Assembly: GCA_017134395.1 (NCBI GenBank)
Contig: CP070993.1
Span: forward strand, 87,231 to 151,230
DNA from: Candidatus Kaiserbacteria bacterium
GTDB lineage: Bacteria; Patescibacteriota; Minisyncoccia; Phycocordibacterales; UBA2100
DNA length: 64,000 nt
Direction of reading: 5' to 3'
The position numbers were made by a program, and so were the translations under genes. The notes under the pieces were generated by a model. That model was given only the letters and a program-made list of their open reading frames with translations. It did not search any database and was not told where the DNA came from. Positions within the stretch are counted from its first letter, which is position 1. Each line of letters begins with the position of its first letter. Shown here in pieces: positions 16,844 to 26,622 of this stretch.

Positions 16844-18826
16844 TCAGAGCGTCCTTTCTGGGTCAACGTCAACACTTCCAGTAGATGGGAGCGCTTTGAG
16901 GATGGATGTAAGTTTCGTGTCTGGCCACGAGCTGGTTTTTGTACGAATAAGTGCGTGAAGTTCGAGATTTGGTCCGCGAGGTATAAACCCTGCAAACACA
17001 CGTGGTTTGTATTCTTGTGTCAGTTCAATAAATTTCTGCATATTTCCAATAACAAGAGCCCTGGTTCCATTGAAAGTCACTTTTATCAAATGAGTATACG
17101 GCGGATAGTGCATTTTTTTGCGTAGTATAAGTTCATCTCGAGCATATTCTGAGAGTGAGCCAGTTTTTGCATGTTTGAGCATTGCATTGTTGGGTGAACT
17201 GGTCTCAATATATACGTGTTTCTGCGACCGTTCTTTTAATGTTGTAATGATTGCAAAAATTCTTTCCTCGATGCGAAAGTCAGGAATACACAAAAGGGAA
17301 TCTATTGAGCTCATGATGCTACAAGAAACTTCTTGTGTAATGTAGGGAAGCGTCATTTCGGTACCAATAAGAATTGCACCTTCTGTCTCATAAAATGAAT
17401 CGGTTATTTTTTTAGCCTTCGCTGGAGTTTTTGCCGTATCACTATTGAGTACAAAAAGTGGAGCCTCTGGGATATGCAGACGAATATATTCTTCTATACG
17501 TTCGATACCTATTCCTAATGGAACAAGATCCCAGCTATTGCATTGCATGCATGTTTCGTGTGCGTCTCGTGAGGTACCGCATCTATGACACAGAAGTTCA
17601 CGCGATTCGCCGCGTTTATGTAGCACAACGGGTGACTTGCAGTGCATACAGGTTACCGTTGTGTTGCAGTCGTTACATACTGTGTGAGAGGCGATACCTC
17701 GACGTGCCGCAAACACAAAAGAGTGCTCTTTACGTGAGTTACATTCTTTCAGTGCATCGATAGATTCATTCGTAAGTATTGGGAACTCTTTCTTTTTTTC
17801 TTTTGCGAATGTGCGTGCAGCTTTTGCGTCGATAATATGTGTTTTGCTACTCGTTCGTAGTTTTAAGGTATGTTCTTCAAGTTCGCGTACGAACCCACTC
17901 TCCATCTCTTTGTGCACTTTTAAACTGACTGTCGTTCCAGCATAGACGAGTGCACTACGCATTTCTTGTGCAAGATATTCTATGAGAATACGTGCATCAG
18001 CTCGCGGGCGGGCCTGTTGTTTGTAAGCAGACGACATTTCGTTCTCTAAAATAAACATCGAAATATCGTCTCGTGGAATGCTTGCAAACACTGGTGTTGC
18101 AATGATGAGTACCGGATGTGTTTCATCCAGAATTGCATCCCACGTTTCTTTTTGTTTCTTTGGGGACTGAGAACTCTCAAGAAGGAACGCATATTTTTCT
18201 ATGCCCTTACTGTATTCTTCATAGAGTACACGAGCCTCGCGAACAGTAGGAACGCACAGAAAGAGGGAGCCATCTTGTGCAAAGTTACTGCGAATTATTG
18301 TTTTATATTTTTCTATTCGGTCTTTACGGCTGAGTTGTAACATTAGTTTCTCGAAACCCGTGCCCACATTGTTATTTGTTTTTCTCTTCGTAGCATTACC
18401 TTCTTCTGCATCTTTAAGAATTGCTGCAGGCACATAGCTTTGTATAACTATACCGACGGAAGTTGCATAGTATTCTGCTGTTGTGTGTGCGGCGCGAACA
18501 AATTCAGACGAAAATACATGAAGTTCTTTTTGCTTTCGAATCTTTCGTGTTTCGTATAGATTTGTTTTGAGGAGTGCCTTAATGGCCCGAGCATCTTCTA
18601 CTTTATGTACAAGCGCAGGAATCTCTTTCTTTCTTAGTGGTACATGTATAACACTGCCGACAGTGAAATCTTGTGGCGAGAAGTACGAAAGTTGTTCGAG
18701 ACCTCCTTTTGCGATGGGTGTGACGTGTACTATGAACATAGTGCAAATAGCATACCATAGGGGATATAATACTTGCGTTATACCATATATGATATACCAT
18801 AACCGCATTAGGATTTGACATGGCAT
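16844..18826 (-). CDS. priA: primosomal protein N' (PriA) homologue with degenerate helicase motifs (likely start MFIVHV at 18739)
   Basis: N-terminal 3'-DNA-binding domain, Cys4-Cys4 zinc region CNDCN..C..HC...C..CG, C-terminal winged helix; no GxGKT/S Walker A anywhere. Confidence 0.75.
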   Translation of the reverse strand: MPCQILMRLWYIIYGITQVLYPLWYAICTMFIVHVTPIAKGGLEQLSYFSPQDFTVGSVIHVPLRKKEIPALVHKVEDARAIKALLKTNLYETRKIRKQKELHVFSSEFVRAAHTTAEYYATSVGIVIQSYVPAAILKDAEEGNATKRKTNNNVGTGFEKLMLQLSRKDRIEKYKTIIRSNFAQDGSLFLCVPTVREARVLYEEYSKGIEKYAFLLESSQSPKKQKETWDAILDETHPVLIIATPVFASIPRDDISMFILENEMSSAYKQQARPRADARILIEYLAQEMRSALVYAGTTVSLKVHKEMESGFVRELEEHTLKLRTSSKTHIIDAKAARTFAKEKKKEFPILTNESIDALKECNSRKEHSFVFAARRGIASHTVCNDCNTTVTCMHCKSPVVLHKRGESRELLCHRCGTSRDAHETCMQCNSWDLVPLGIGIERIEEYIRLHIPEAPLFVLNSDTAKTPAKAKKITDSFYETEGAILIGTEMTLPYITQEVSCSIMSSIDSLLCIPDFRIEERIFAIITTLKERSQKHVYIETSSPNNAMLKHAKTGSLSEYARDELILRKKMHYPPYTHLIKVTFNGTRALVIGNMQKFIELTQEYKPRVFAGFIPRGPNLELHALIRTKTSSWPDTKLTSILKALPSTGSVDVDPERTL

Positions 18827-20334
18827 CAGACTCTCATAAGAAAATCGGACTCTTCATAAAGGAGCTTCGCCGCAAGCGAGGGCTCACGCAAAAGGCTTTT
18901 TCTGAAGCACTTGGCACTTCGCAGTCAGCTGTAGCTCGCATGGAAAAAGGGGAACAAAACCTTTCGTCTGCACAGTTGTTTAAAATAAGTGACGTACTTC
19001 ATCACCAAGTTGTCGGTATTAAAGAGAGTGTTGATTTCCAGATTGAAGGCGGAAAGAAACTACACGGTACTGCTGTTACGAATACTTCAAAAAATGGCGC
19101 GCTGGCACTTATGTGCACAGCGCTTTTAAACAATGCACCAACTACTATTCATGGTATACCACGAATTGAGGAAATCTATCGAATGATAGAGGTGTTTAAA
19201 AGCATTGGAGTACAGCTCGAGTCTGTAGATAGAACATCACTCAAAATAACTCCACCAAAAAACTTTAAACTTTCGAGCATTGATAAAGCGTCAGCAAAGA
19301 AGATGCGCTCAGTGCTTATGCTTATCGGTCCAATGCTTCACAACAAGACTGAATTTACACTACCGCATGCCGGAGGTTGTAACATGGGTGACCGAACGAT
19401 TGCGGCGCACCGTCATGCGCTCGAGGCACTTGGGCTAAAAGTTCGAACGTACGAGAACCACTACGCGTTTTCTCAAAAGAAACTAAAGCCTGCTGAAATT
19501 ATTATGTATGAGGCAAGTGATACTGCTGCAATAAACGCATTGATGACTGCAGCACTTATTCCGGGCAAGACGGTTATTAAATACGCGCCACCAAACTATC
19601 AAGTGCAAGACGTATGCTTTTTGCTGAGACAATTTGGCGTACGTATTGATGGGGTTGGCACTACAACCTTGACCGTATACGGAGTAGAAGAAATAAATAA
19701 AGAAATTACACACTACAACAGTGAAGACCCAATAGAGTCCATGATGTTTATCAGTGCAGCAGCAGTAACTAACTCGGAGCTTACCGTAAAGCGATGTCCA
19801 ATAGATTTTCTTGAGGTAGAGCTTTTGAAACTTTCGTACATGGGTCTTAAGTTTGAGAAGAGTGATATGTACTTTGCGAAGAATGGAAAGACAAAATTGG
19901 TGGATATAACAATCTACCCCTCAGAACTAAAAGCGTCTGCTTTAAAAATTCATCCGTTACCGTATCCTGGTTTAAACATCGATAACTTGCCATTTTTCGT
20001 ACCTATTGCTACTCAAGCAAAAGGCACAACACTTATACATGATTGGGCATGGGAGGGACGTGCGATTTACTTCACTGAATTAAATCGCCTTGGAGCTGAT
20101 GTAAAACTGGCTGATCCACACCGTGTGTTTGTAACAGGAAAAACTGAGCTTAAAAGTGCGCAAGTGGTATGTCCTCCAGCACTGCGTCCTGCAGTTGTAG
20201 TGCTTATTGCAATGCTTGCAGCTGAAGGTACGTCACTACTGAGAAATGTGTACTCAATAGAAAGAGGGTACGAGCGAATTGCTGAACGGCTTTCAGATAT
20301 TGGTGCTCACATTGAAGTGGTCAGCGAGCTGTAG
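18820..20334 (+). CDS. murA: HTH_XRE domain fused to UDP-N-acetylglucosamine 1-carboxyvinyltransferase (MurA)
   Basis: N-terminal LRRKRGLTQKAFSEALGTSQSAVARMEKGEQ HTH; MurA body with K(NGAL), catalytic Cys in HAGGCNMGDR, C-terminal IERGYERIAERL. Confidence 0.85.
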   Translation: MASDSHKKIGLFIKELRRKRGLTQKAFSEALGTSQSAVARMEKGEQNLSSAQLFKISDVLHHQVVGIKESVDFQIEGGKKLHGTAVTNTSKNGALALMCTALLNNAPTTIHGIPRIEEIYRMIEVFKSIGVQLESVDRTSLKITPPKNFKLSSIDKASAKKMRSVLMLIGPMLHNKTEFTLPHAGGCNMGDRTIAAHRHALEALGLKVRTYENHYAFSQKKLKPAEIIMYEASDTAAINALMTAALIPGKTVIKYAPPNYQVQDVCFLLRQFGVRIDGVGTTTLTVYGVEEINKEITHYNSEDPIESMMFISAAAVTNSELTVKRCPIDFLEVELLKLSYMGLKFEKSDMYFAKNGKTKLVDITIYPSELKASALKIHPLPYPGLNIDNLPFFVPIATQAKGTTLIHDWAWEGRAIYFTELNRLGADVKLADPHRVFVTGKTELKSAQVVCPPALRPAVVVLIAMLAAEGTSLLRNVYSIERGYERIAERLSDIGAHIEVVSEL

Positions 20335-20343
20335 TCAAAAGAG

Positions 20344-21099
20344 TTAAATGGATACTGAGAAGTATTGTCCTGCTTCTTCAATAAATAGTTTATTTGAACG
20401 AATTGGATCAGCTGCTGCTTTAGGTGAGCCTCCTGAGTAGATTGGCTGGAAATTTTGAAGGCTACTTGCGCGTAAGTCGAGAGCAAAAACATTTGTCTGT
20501 GTTGCGACGATTATCGCATCATTCCTATCTCCATACCACAATACGTTTCGTATGGGCGAAGTCGACGAAAATACTGTACGAACAATATCACCATCTTGAG
20601 TGAGGATGTTTGATCCTTCAACCCACACAAGAATGCCCGTTCGATTAAGTGGCTGGATACGAGTTGGTTCACGGTATTGTGCAATTTCTTGTTCTGCACG
20701 AATGCGAACTGGGTCAGCAGCATTGCTGAGTACTTCGCCATCAGTTTCTTCTAATACCTGGAGTGGAGCAAGTGTCATTGTTGATCCTGCATCTATATCG
20801 AAATCGAGAATCCATGGCCATCTTTCAGGATGAGCAACAAGTACGTTGCGCATACCTGGTTTGATACCAAGGAACTCTCCAGAACCATTGTTTTGTATCC
20901 GCCCAACGCGGTGACTGTCAATAAAAACAGCGCTGTCTGGGACAGCATTTGTAATTTCAAGTACACCTCCTTTCACGAGGTACGGCCCAGAGAAGACATA
21001 GCCTGCTTGGCTAATAACACCAAAGGCAAGAACAATAACGGCTACAACTATGCCACCAGCGAATATGTATTTCTTTCGGGGGTCGTTTTTTATTTTCAT
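20344..21099 (-). CDS. membrane-anchored hypothetical protein, possible PEGA domain
   Basis: N-terminal TM; VFIDSHRVGRI...G.H.V.V PEGA-like stretch. Confidence 0.35.
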   Translation of the reverse strand: MKIKNDPRKKYIFAGGIVVAVIVLAFGVISQAGYVFSGPYLVKGGVLEITNAVPDSAVFIDSHRVGRIQNNGSGEFLGIKPGMRNVLVAHPERWPWILDFDIDAGSTMTLAPLQVLEETDGEVLSNAADPVRIRAEQEIAQYREPTRIQPLNRTGILVWVEGSNILTQDGDIVRTVFSSTSPIRNVLWYGDRNDAIIVATQTNVFALDLRASSLQNFQPIYSGGSPKAAADPIRSNKLFIEEAGQYFSVSI

Positions 21100-21168
21100 A
21101 TTTTCATTTAAGCAATTTTTTAGGCATTTGCAAAGGGATAGGGCGATCGCGTTGCGGTCGCCCTATAT

Positions 21169-21447
21169 TTAGTGCAGATTCTTCTGAGCGGTTAGTCCCC
21201 ACTCGCTTTTTCCAAAGATTTTGGACAACGTGAAGAGTGTCCCTGGAATCTTTGCAGACACCTGGAGACATCCGTCGCCACACTCTCGGTAAATCAACTC
21301 AACGTCCTCATCTGCTTGAGGAATTGTGCACGAGAGAGAGCCTAAAAGATCATTCTCCATATCTTCTATACATGCACGTGCATTTTCAGAAAGAGATACT
21401 GCATCTATCGGCAGCTCTGGATTTTTAGAGAATATGTTAAACATCAT
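21169..21447 (-). CDS. hypothetical small protein
   Basis: ORF followed by hairpin terminator at 21130-21165. Confidence 0.35.
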   Translation of the reverse strand: MMFNIFSKNPELPIDAVSLSENARACIEDMENDLLGSLSCTIPQADEDVELIYRECGDGCLQVSAKIPGTLFTLSKIFGKSEWGLTAQKNLH

Positions 21448-21513
21448 TTCCTCCTTTCGTCTGTTTCCACTATTGCATTCTCAATTCATCTTGGCAACCA
21501 CATATTCACATAT

Positions 21514-21541
21514 TTGTAAAAGTGTTGGAAACAAGTACAAT
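21514..21541 (+). promoter_or_regulatory. sigma70-like promoter TTGTAA-16-TACAAT upstream of mreB
   Basis: hexamers read from sequence. Confidence 0.4.
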
Positions 21542-21553
21542 CACGGTACTTCT

Positions 21554-22570
21554 ATGAAATTCTCATTTACCCCAAAATTAGGTATCGATCTTGGAACGAC
21601 CTACACACTCATTTATGTTCCTGGTAAGGGAGTTGTGCTGCGTGAGCCATCTGTAGTTGCTATTTCAGAGCAAGAAAATAAGATTCTTGCAGTAGGAGAC
21701 GAAGCAAAAGAAATGGTAGGGCGTACTCCTGACGATATTGTTGCGTATCGACCAATGAAAGATGGTGTTATCGCAGACTATCGGGTCACCGAAGCCATGT
21801 TGCGCTATTACATGCGTAAAGCTACGAAGTGGTGGAGTATATTTCGACCTGACGTTATGATCTCTGTTCCTGCTGGAGTTACTTCAGCTGAACGCCGTGC
21901 AGTTATTGAAGCAGCAGTAAAAGCTGGCGCTAAAACCGCACAGGTTGTAAAAGAACCTATATTGGCCGCAATTGGTGCAGGTATTCCTATTCATGAAGCA
22001 CAGGGACACATGATTGTAGACATTGGAGGAGGCACAACTGATGTTGCGGTGATTTCACTTGGTGGAATCGTGGCTTCAACATCAGTTAAGTGTGCTGGTA
22101 ACCGGATAGATGAAGCTATTACCGCACACATAAAAAAAACATTTAACCTTGCGATTGGTGACAAAAGTGCAGAGGATGTCAAAACTCAGATAGGTTCAGC
22201 TATTCCACTGGAAGATGAGCTAACGATGACTGTTAAGGGGCGTGATTATCTAACAGGGCTTCCTCGTTCGGTTGAATTGAGTACGAACGAAGTGGTAAAG
22301 GCTATCGGGCGTGAACTACGCGAGATTGTAAAAGCCATTCGTGATGTCCTGCAAGACACTCCACCTGAATTAGCGGCAGATATCATTGATAACGGGATTA
22401 CAATGTCGGGTGGTTCGAGTCAATTACGTAATTTGCCAGAGCTTGTATATCGTCGTACTGGAGTCAAGGCAACTCTCGCTGAAGATCCTTTGTACAGTGT
22501 GGCAAAAGGAACAGGAATTGCATTACAGCATTTAGATATATATAAGAAGGCGATTCTTTCTAAGAGATAA
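21554..22570 (+). CDS. mreB: rod-shape protein MreB paralogue 1 (internal ATG of longer ORF)
   Basis: LGIDLGTTYTLIYV phosphate-1, DIGGGTTD phosphate-2, actin fold. Confidence 0.9.
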   Translation: MKFSFTPKLGIDLGTTYTLIYVPGKGVVLREPSVVAISEQENKILAVGDEAKEMVGRTPDDIVAYRPMKDGVIADYRVTEAMLRYYMRKATKWWSIFRPDVMISVPAGVTSAERRAVIEAAVKAGAKTAQVVKEPILAAIGAGIPIHEAQGHMIVDIGGGTTDVAVISLGGIVASTSVKCAGNRIDEAITAHIKKTFNLAIGDKSAEDVKTQIGSAIPLEDELTMTVKGRDYLTGLPRSVELSTNEVVKAIGRELREIVKAIRDVLQDTPPELAADIIDNGITMSGGSSQLRNLPELVYRRTGVKATLAEDPLYSVAKGTGIALQHLDIYKKAILSKR

Positions 22571-22587
22571 GAGGTAATCGGGGTGCA

Positions 22588-23253
22588 GTGTATAATAACT
22601 TCATGGATTTCTCGAAGATAATCGATATTGCTGATATGCACCACGCATATCTTCTTGAAGACACTGAAGAGATGTTTAATGAGCTCCAACATCATTTACG
22701 TACCATAAACGATACTTCTGAAGTATACGTTCGAGATTTTGAATCCCTCGGAATAGATGACAGCAGAGAACTTATTCATCTCGCAAATATGCGTTCAGTT
22801 GGTACGCAACTATTTATATTTAGAGCACGTTCGTGTACACGAGAAGCTCAGAATGCACTATTGAAACTCTTTGAAGAACCACCAGAGCGTACGCACTTTT
22901 TTCTCTGCGTTTCTAGTGCAAGTGATATTTTACCTACGCTACGTTCTAGGGTTTTTACTATTGAATCTGAAGCACAGGAAGAAAACAATAGCTCTTTAGG
23001 AAAGGATTTTCTTAAGGCGACTCTCGGTGAGCGCATCTCACTTCTTGAGCCGATAGTAAAAGAAAAGGATTTAAAAAGTGCAGAACTTCTTCTTAACGGT
23101 GTTGAGTATGAGCTGTATAAAAACAAAGCACATGTGTCGTATGGCGCAGCTTCGAAGCATGTTGTAGAAGTACGTAAAGTCATAAAAGACAAAGGAGCTT
23201 CGCTGAAAATACTTATGGAAAGTGTTGCATTGGTGACACCGCAACTTTCCTAA
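22588..23253 (+). CDS. holB: DNA polymerase III delta'-like clamp-loader subunit (short, no Walker A)
   Basis: HHAYLLED and ALLKLFEEPP...LPTLRSR sensor motifs. Confidence 0.6.
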   Translation: MYNNFMDFSKIIDIADMHHAYLLEDTEEMFNELQHHLRTINDTSEVYVRDFESLGIDDSRELIHLANMRSVGTQLFIFRARSCTREAQNALLKLFEEPPERTHFFLCVSSASDILPTLRSRVFTIESEAQEENNSSLGKDFLKATLGERISLLEPIVKEKDLKSAELLLNGVEYELYKNKAHVSYGAASKHVVEVRKVIKDKGASLKILMESVALVTPQLS

Positions 23254-23280
23254 TGGCTAAAGTGTTTGTATACTTGCAGT

Positions 23281-23829
23281 ATGTACGATTTTAAAACAAT
23301 AGAACAAAAGATAGTAGAAACAAAAGAATGGCTTCAAAAGGAATATCAGGGTCTTCGGACGGGACGGGCGACACCAACATTGCTCGACTCTGTGCAAATC
23401 GAAAGCTATGGATCTCGCATTCCACTTAGTCAAGCAGCCAACATTGGTGTTGAAGATGCGCGGACGCTTCGCATTACTCCTTGGGACGCTTCGCAAGTTA
23501 AGGAGATTGAAAAAGCAATTACCAATGCGAACTTTGGCGTTGGTATATCGACTGATGAGAAAGGGGTAAGGATTTCTTTTCCAGAATTAACTTCAGAACG
23601 GAGAGCCTCGCTTGTTAAGCTCGGTAAAGATAAACTTGAAGATGCTCGACAAAGCCTTCGTGTTGCACGAGAAGAAACCTGGAATGATATTCAGTCAAAA
23701 GAAAAAGATGGAGAGTTAAGTGAAGATGATAAGTTTCGCAATAAAGAAGAATTGCAAAAACGTATCGATGAAGCGAATGCATCACTTGAAGGGTTATTTA
23801 AAAAGAAGGAAACTGAAATTCAGCAATAA
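23281..23829 (+). CDS. frr: ribosome recycling factor
   Basis: full-length Frr similarity incl. LRTGRA, TLRITPWD. Confidence 0.95.
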   Translation: MYDFKTIEQKIVETKEWLQKEYQGLRTGRATPTLLDSVQIESYGSRIPLSQAANIGVEDARTLRITPWDASQVKEIEKAITNANFGVGISTDEKGVRISFPELTSERRASLVKLGKDKLEDARQSLRVAREETWNDIQSKEKDGELSEDDKFRNKEELQKRIDEANASLEGLFKKKETEIQQ

Positions 23830-23832
23830 GAT

Positions 23833-24942
23833 ATGTCATTTATTCTGTTCGTTGCGATACTAGTTATCCTCATTGTTGTTCATGAGCTTGGTCACTTTTT
23901 GGTGGCGAAACTTTTTGGTATCCGAGTTGAAGAGTTTGGTATTGGGTACCCACCGCGTGCTTTCACTATTGGTACGTTTGGACACACCACCTACACAATA
24001 AACTGGCTACCATTTGGGGGATTTGTTCGTATATTCGGTGAGCGACATGATGAAGAATATACAGACACAGAGCGTAAACAGGCGTTTGTACACGCACCAA
24101 AAATAAAGCAGGCAGCAGTCCTATTTGCAGGTATTCTTTTTAACCTCGTATTTGCGTGGTTCTTGTTCACGCTCACTCTTTTTATGGGGGCACCAACTGC
24201 AATAGATGAATCAGAAGCAGCTGGGCTTGAAACACGTCTCATTGTAAGTTCTGTTGTTGCAGGCTCTCCTGCAGGACTAGCAGGTTTAGTTGCTGGGGAT
24301 GAAATAGTTGCAATCGAAACACCTAAGGCTACCCTCGAAACACTCCTACCAAGTGAGGCTGCTACGTTTATCCAAGAGCGTGCTGGTAAGCAAATCGCAC
24401 TTTCATATATACGTGATTCAGAAACTCAGAAGATAGAGAATGTAACAGTAACACCAGCACACGGTGTATTAAACGAAACACCAGGAACGCCTGCAGTGGG
24501 TATTTCTATGGCACTTGTAGCTGACAAATCACTTTCCTTTGGGGAAGCAATTGTTGGAGGATTTACCACTACTGTAGTGGCACTGAAGACAGTTACTCTT
24601 GGCTTAGGCGCTTTTATTGTTTCAGCTGTAACGGGGAATGCTGACTGGGCTCAAATTGCTGGCCCGGTAGGTATCGCTGGATTAATTGGCGATGCTTCTT
24701 CTGTTGGAATCGTATACTTGTTGTACTTCACTGCATTCATCTCGGTGAACCTTGCCGTTATAAACTTACTTCCATTACCAGCGCTCGATGGCGGACGTTT
24801 GTTATTTGTACTTATCGAATCAATAACGCGGCGCCCTATAAATGAGAAAATAGGAACTGTTTTTAACGTTCTTGGATTCACTTTATTAATCCTTTTAATG
24901 GTAGTTGTAACGTATCATGATGTTGCACGATTGGTTTCTTAA
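23833..24942 (+). CDS. rseP: RIP site-2 metalloprotease RseP with PDZ domain
   Basis: HELGHFLVAK HExxH in TM1, PDZ region, LDG motif NLLPLPALDGG. Confidence 0.9.
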   Translation: MSFILFVAILVILIVVHELGHFLVAKLFGIRVEEFGIGYPPRAFTIGTFGHTTYTINWLPFGGFVRIFGERHDEEYTDTERKQAFVHAPKIKQAAVLFAGILFNLVFAWFLFTLTLFMGAPTAIDESEAAGLETRLIVSSVVAGSPAGLAGLVAGDEIVAIETPKATLETLLPSEAATFIQERAGKQIALSYIRDSETQKIENVTVTPAHGVLNETPGTPAVGISMALVADKSLSFGEAIVGGFTTTVVALKTVTLGLGAFIVSAVTGNADWAQIAGPVGIAGLIGDASSVGIVYLLYFTAFISVNLAVINLLPLPALDGGRLLFVLIESITRRPINEKIGTVFNVLGFTLLILLMVVVTYHDVARLVS

Positions 24943-25005
24943 TTGCACTGCAAGGGATTTGGATGCATTATGTGTGAAGGTATTATTGAATAATAAGGGA
25001 AAATT

Positions 25006-25224
25006 ATGAAATCAATAGAGAAAAATGACTCGGTATCTATCGATCCAGAGAACGCTAATGAGGGAGATAGAGTGTCAATAATTAGGGTGGATAAGACTCG
25101 ATTTGACGGTTTTGTTTTAAATAACACCGGAAGTACGCTAAAAATTGGACGCGATATGCACTCTCGTGGTTACGATGTCAACGAAATCAAATATGACGAC
25201 ATACTGATTGTTCAACGGTATTAA
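25006..25224 (+). CDS. hypothetical small protein
   Basis: AAGGGA RBS; followed by terminator. Confidence 0.4.
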   Translation: MKSIEKNDSVSIDPENANEGDRVSIIRVDKTRFDGFVLNNTGSTLKIGRDMHSRGYDVNEIKYDDILIVQRY

Positions 25225-25245
25225 CTATTATTGTAATTGTACAAA

Positions 25246-25276
25246 CCTCAGACATTTGGTGTCTGGGGTTTTCTTA
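25246..25276 (+). terminator. rho-independent terminator
   Basis: CCTCAGACA-TTTGG-TGTCTGGGG + TTTTCTT. Confidence 0.6.
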
Positions 25277-25356
25277 TGGTTGTATAATTTCGTGCGTATT
25301 GATTCGCAAGGTGTAAACTTCATTTCAGTCATATTTTTTGGTAGTATTGCAACACT

Positions 25357-26613
25357 ATGAATCACACACTTCGTCAGTCTCACCTTTTTACCAAGACGCG
25401 CAAAGAAGCGCCTGCAGACGAAGTATCACGAAATGCTCAATTACTTATTCGGGCAGGATACATCCATAAGGAAATGGCTGGCGTATACGCTTACCTACCT
25501 CTAGGTATTCGCGTTATCGAAAAAATAAAAGATATTGTACGCGAAGAGATGAATACCATTGATGGGCAGGAGCTTATAATGACCGCACTGCAGCGTAAAG
25601 AATTGTGGAGCAAGACCGACCGATGGAGCGATGAGAATGTCGATGTGTGGTTTAAATCTAAATTAGCTGCTGGTGGAGAAGTTGGATTTGGCTGGTCACA
25701 CGAAGAACCTATCGCAGAGATGATGCGAAACTACGTTTCAAGCTTTCGCGACTTGCCAGTATATGTCTATCAGTTCCAAACAAAATTACGTAACGAATTA
25801 AGAGCCAAGAGCGGCATCATGCGAGGAAGGGAGTTTGTGATGAAGGACATGTATTCTTTCTCACTTGGTAAGGATGACCACGATGTGTTCTACGAGAATG
25901 CCACGCAAGCATATAAGCGTGTTTTTGATCGCGTTGGCGTTGGAGAAGATACATTTGTAACCTTTGCAGCAGGAGGTGCCTTTACTCAGTTCAGTCACGA
26001 ATTTCAGACTATTACCGAAGCAGGTGAAGATGTTATTTACATAAATCGTGAGAAAAACATTGCCATCAATGAAGAAGTTTTGAACGATGAGACATTGGCT
26101 GATTTAGGAGTTACGAAAGACGAGCTCGAGAAAGTCTCAACTGCTGAAGTTGGAAACATATTTAACTTTAGTACTCAGAAAAGTGAGGAGCTTGGACTTA
26201 CATTTAAAGATAGCGAAGGAAAGAACGTGCCAGTATGGATGGGTTCATATGGTATCGGGATTACACGCCTTATGGGTGTGTTGGTTGAAAAATTTGCTGA
26301 CGCCAAGGGGTTAGTATGGCCTGAAGCCGTTGCGCCGTTTGGTCATCATTTAATTGTGCTCGACAATGGAAACGAAGAGGTTCGTGCAGATGCGGAGCGA
26401 TTGTTTAATGAAATGAAAGTTCGCAACATGTCTGTGCTCTATGATGACCGGGACGCGCGAGCTGGAGAAAAATTCGCAGATGCTGACCTGATAGGGATTC
26501 CTAAAAGAATTATTGTGAGCGAAAAAACACTTGCTTCAGGTGAGTACGAACTAGTCACACGATCTACCGGTGTATCAACATTTATACACGAACAAGAACT
26601 TCTAAGCGACTAA
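25357..26613 (+). CDS. proS: prolyl-tRNA synthetase, bacterial type lacking the INS editing domain
   Basis: near-colinear with E. coli ProRS N-term (ADEVSRNAQLLIRAGYI, VREEMN), class II motifs 2/3, HHLIVL anticodon-binding domain; 418 aa. Confidence 0.9.
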   Translation: MNHTLRQSHLFTKTRKEAPADEVSRNAQLLIRAGYIHKEMAGVYAYLPLGIRVIEKIKDIVREEMNTIDGQELIMTALQRKELWSKTDRWSDENVDVWFKSKLAAGGEVGFGWSHEEPIAEMMRNYVSSFRDLPVYVYQFQTKLRNELRAKSGIMRGREFVMKDMYSFSLGKDDHDVFYENATQAYKRVFDRVGVGEDTFVTFAAGGAFTQFSHEFQTITEAGEDVIYINREKNIAINEEVLNDETLADLGVTKDELEKVSTAEVGNIFNFSTQKSEELGLTFKDSEGKNVPVWMGSYGIGITRLMGVLVEKFADAKGLVWPEAVAPFGHHLIVLDNGNEEVRADAERLFNEMKVRNMSVLYDDRDARAGEKFADADLIGIPKRIIVSEKTLASGEYELVTRSTGVSTFIHEQELLSD

Positions 26614-26622
26614 GTTTACAGT

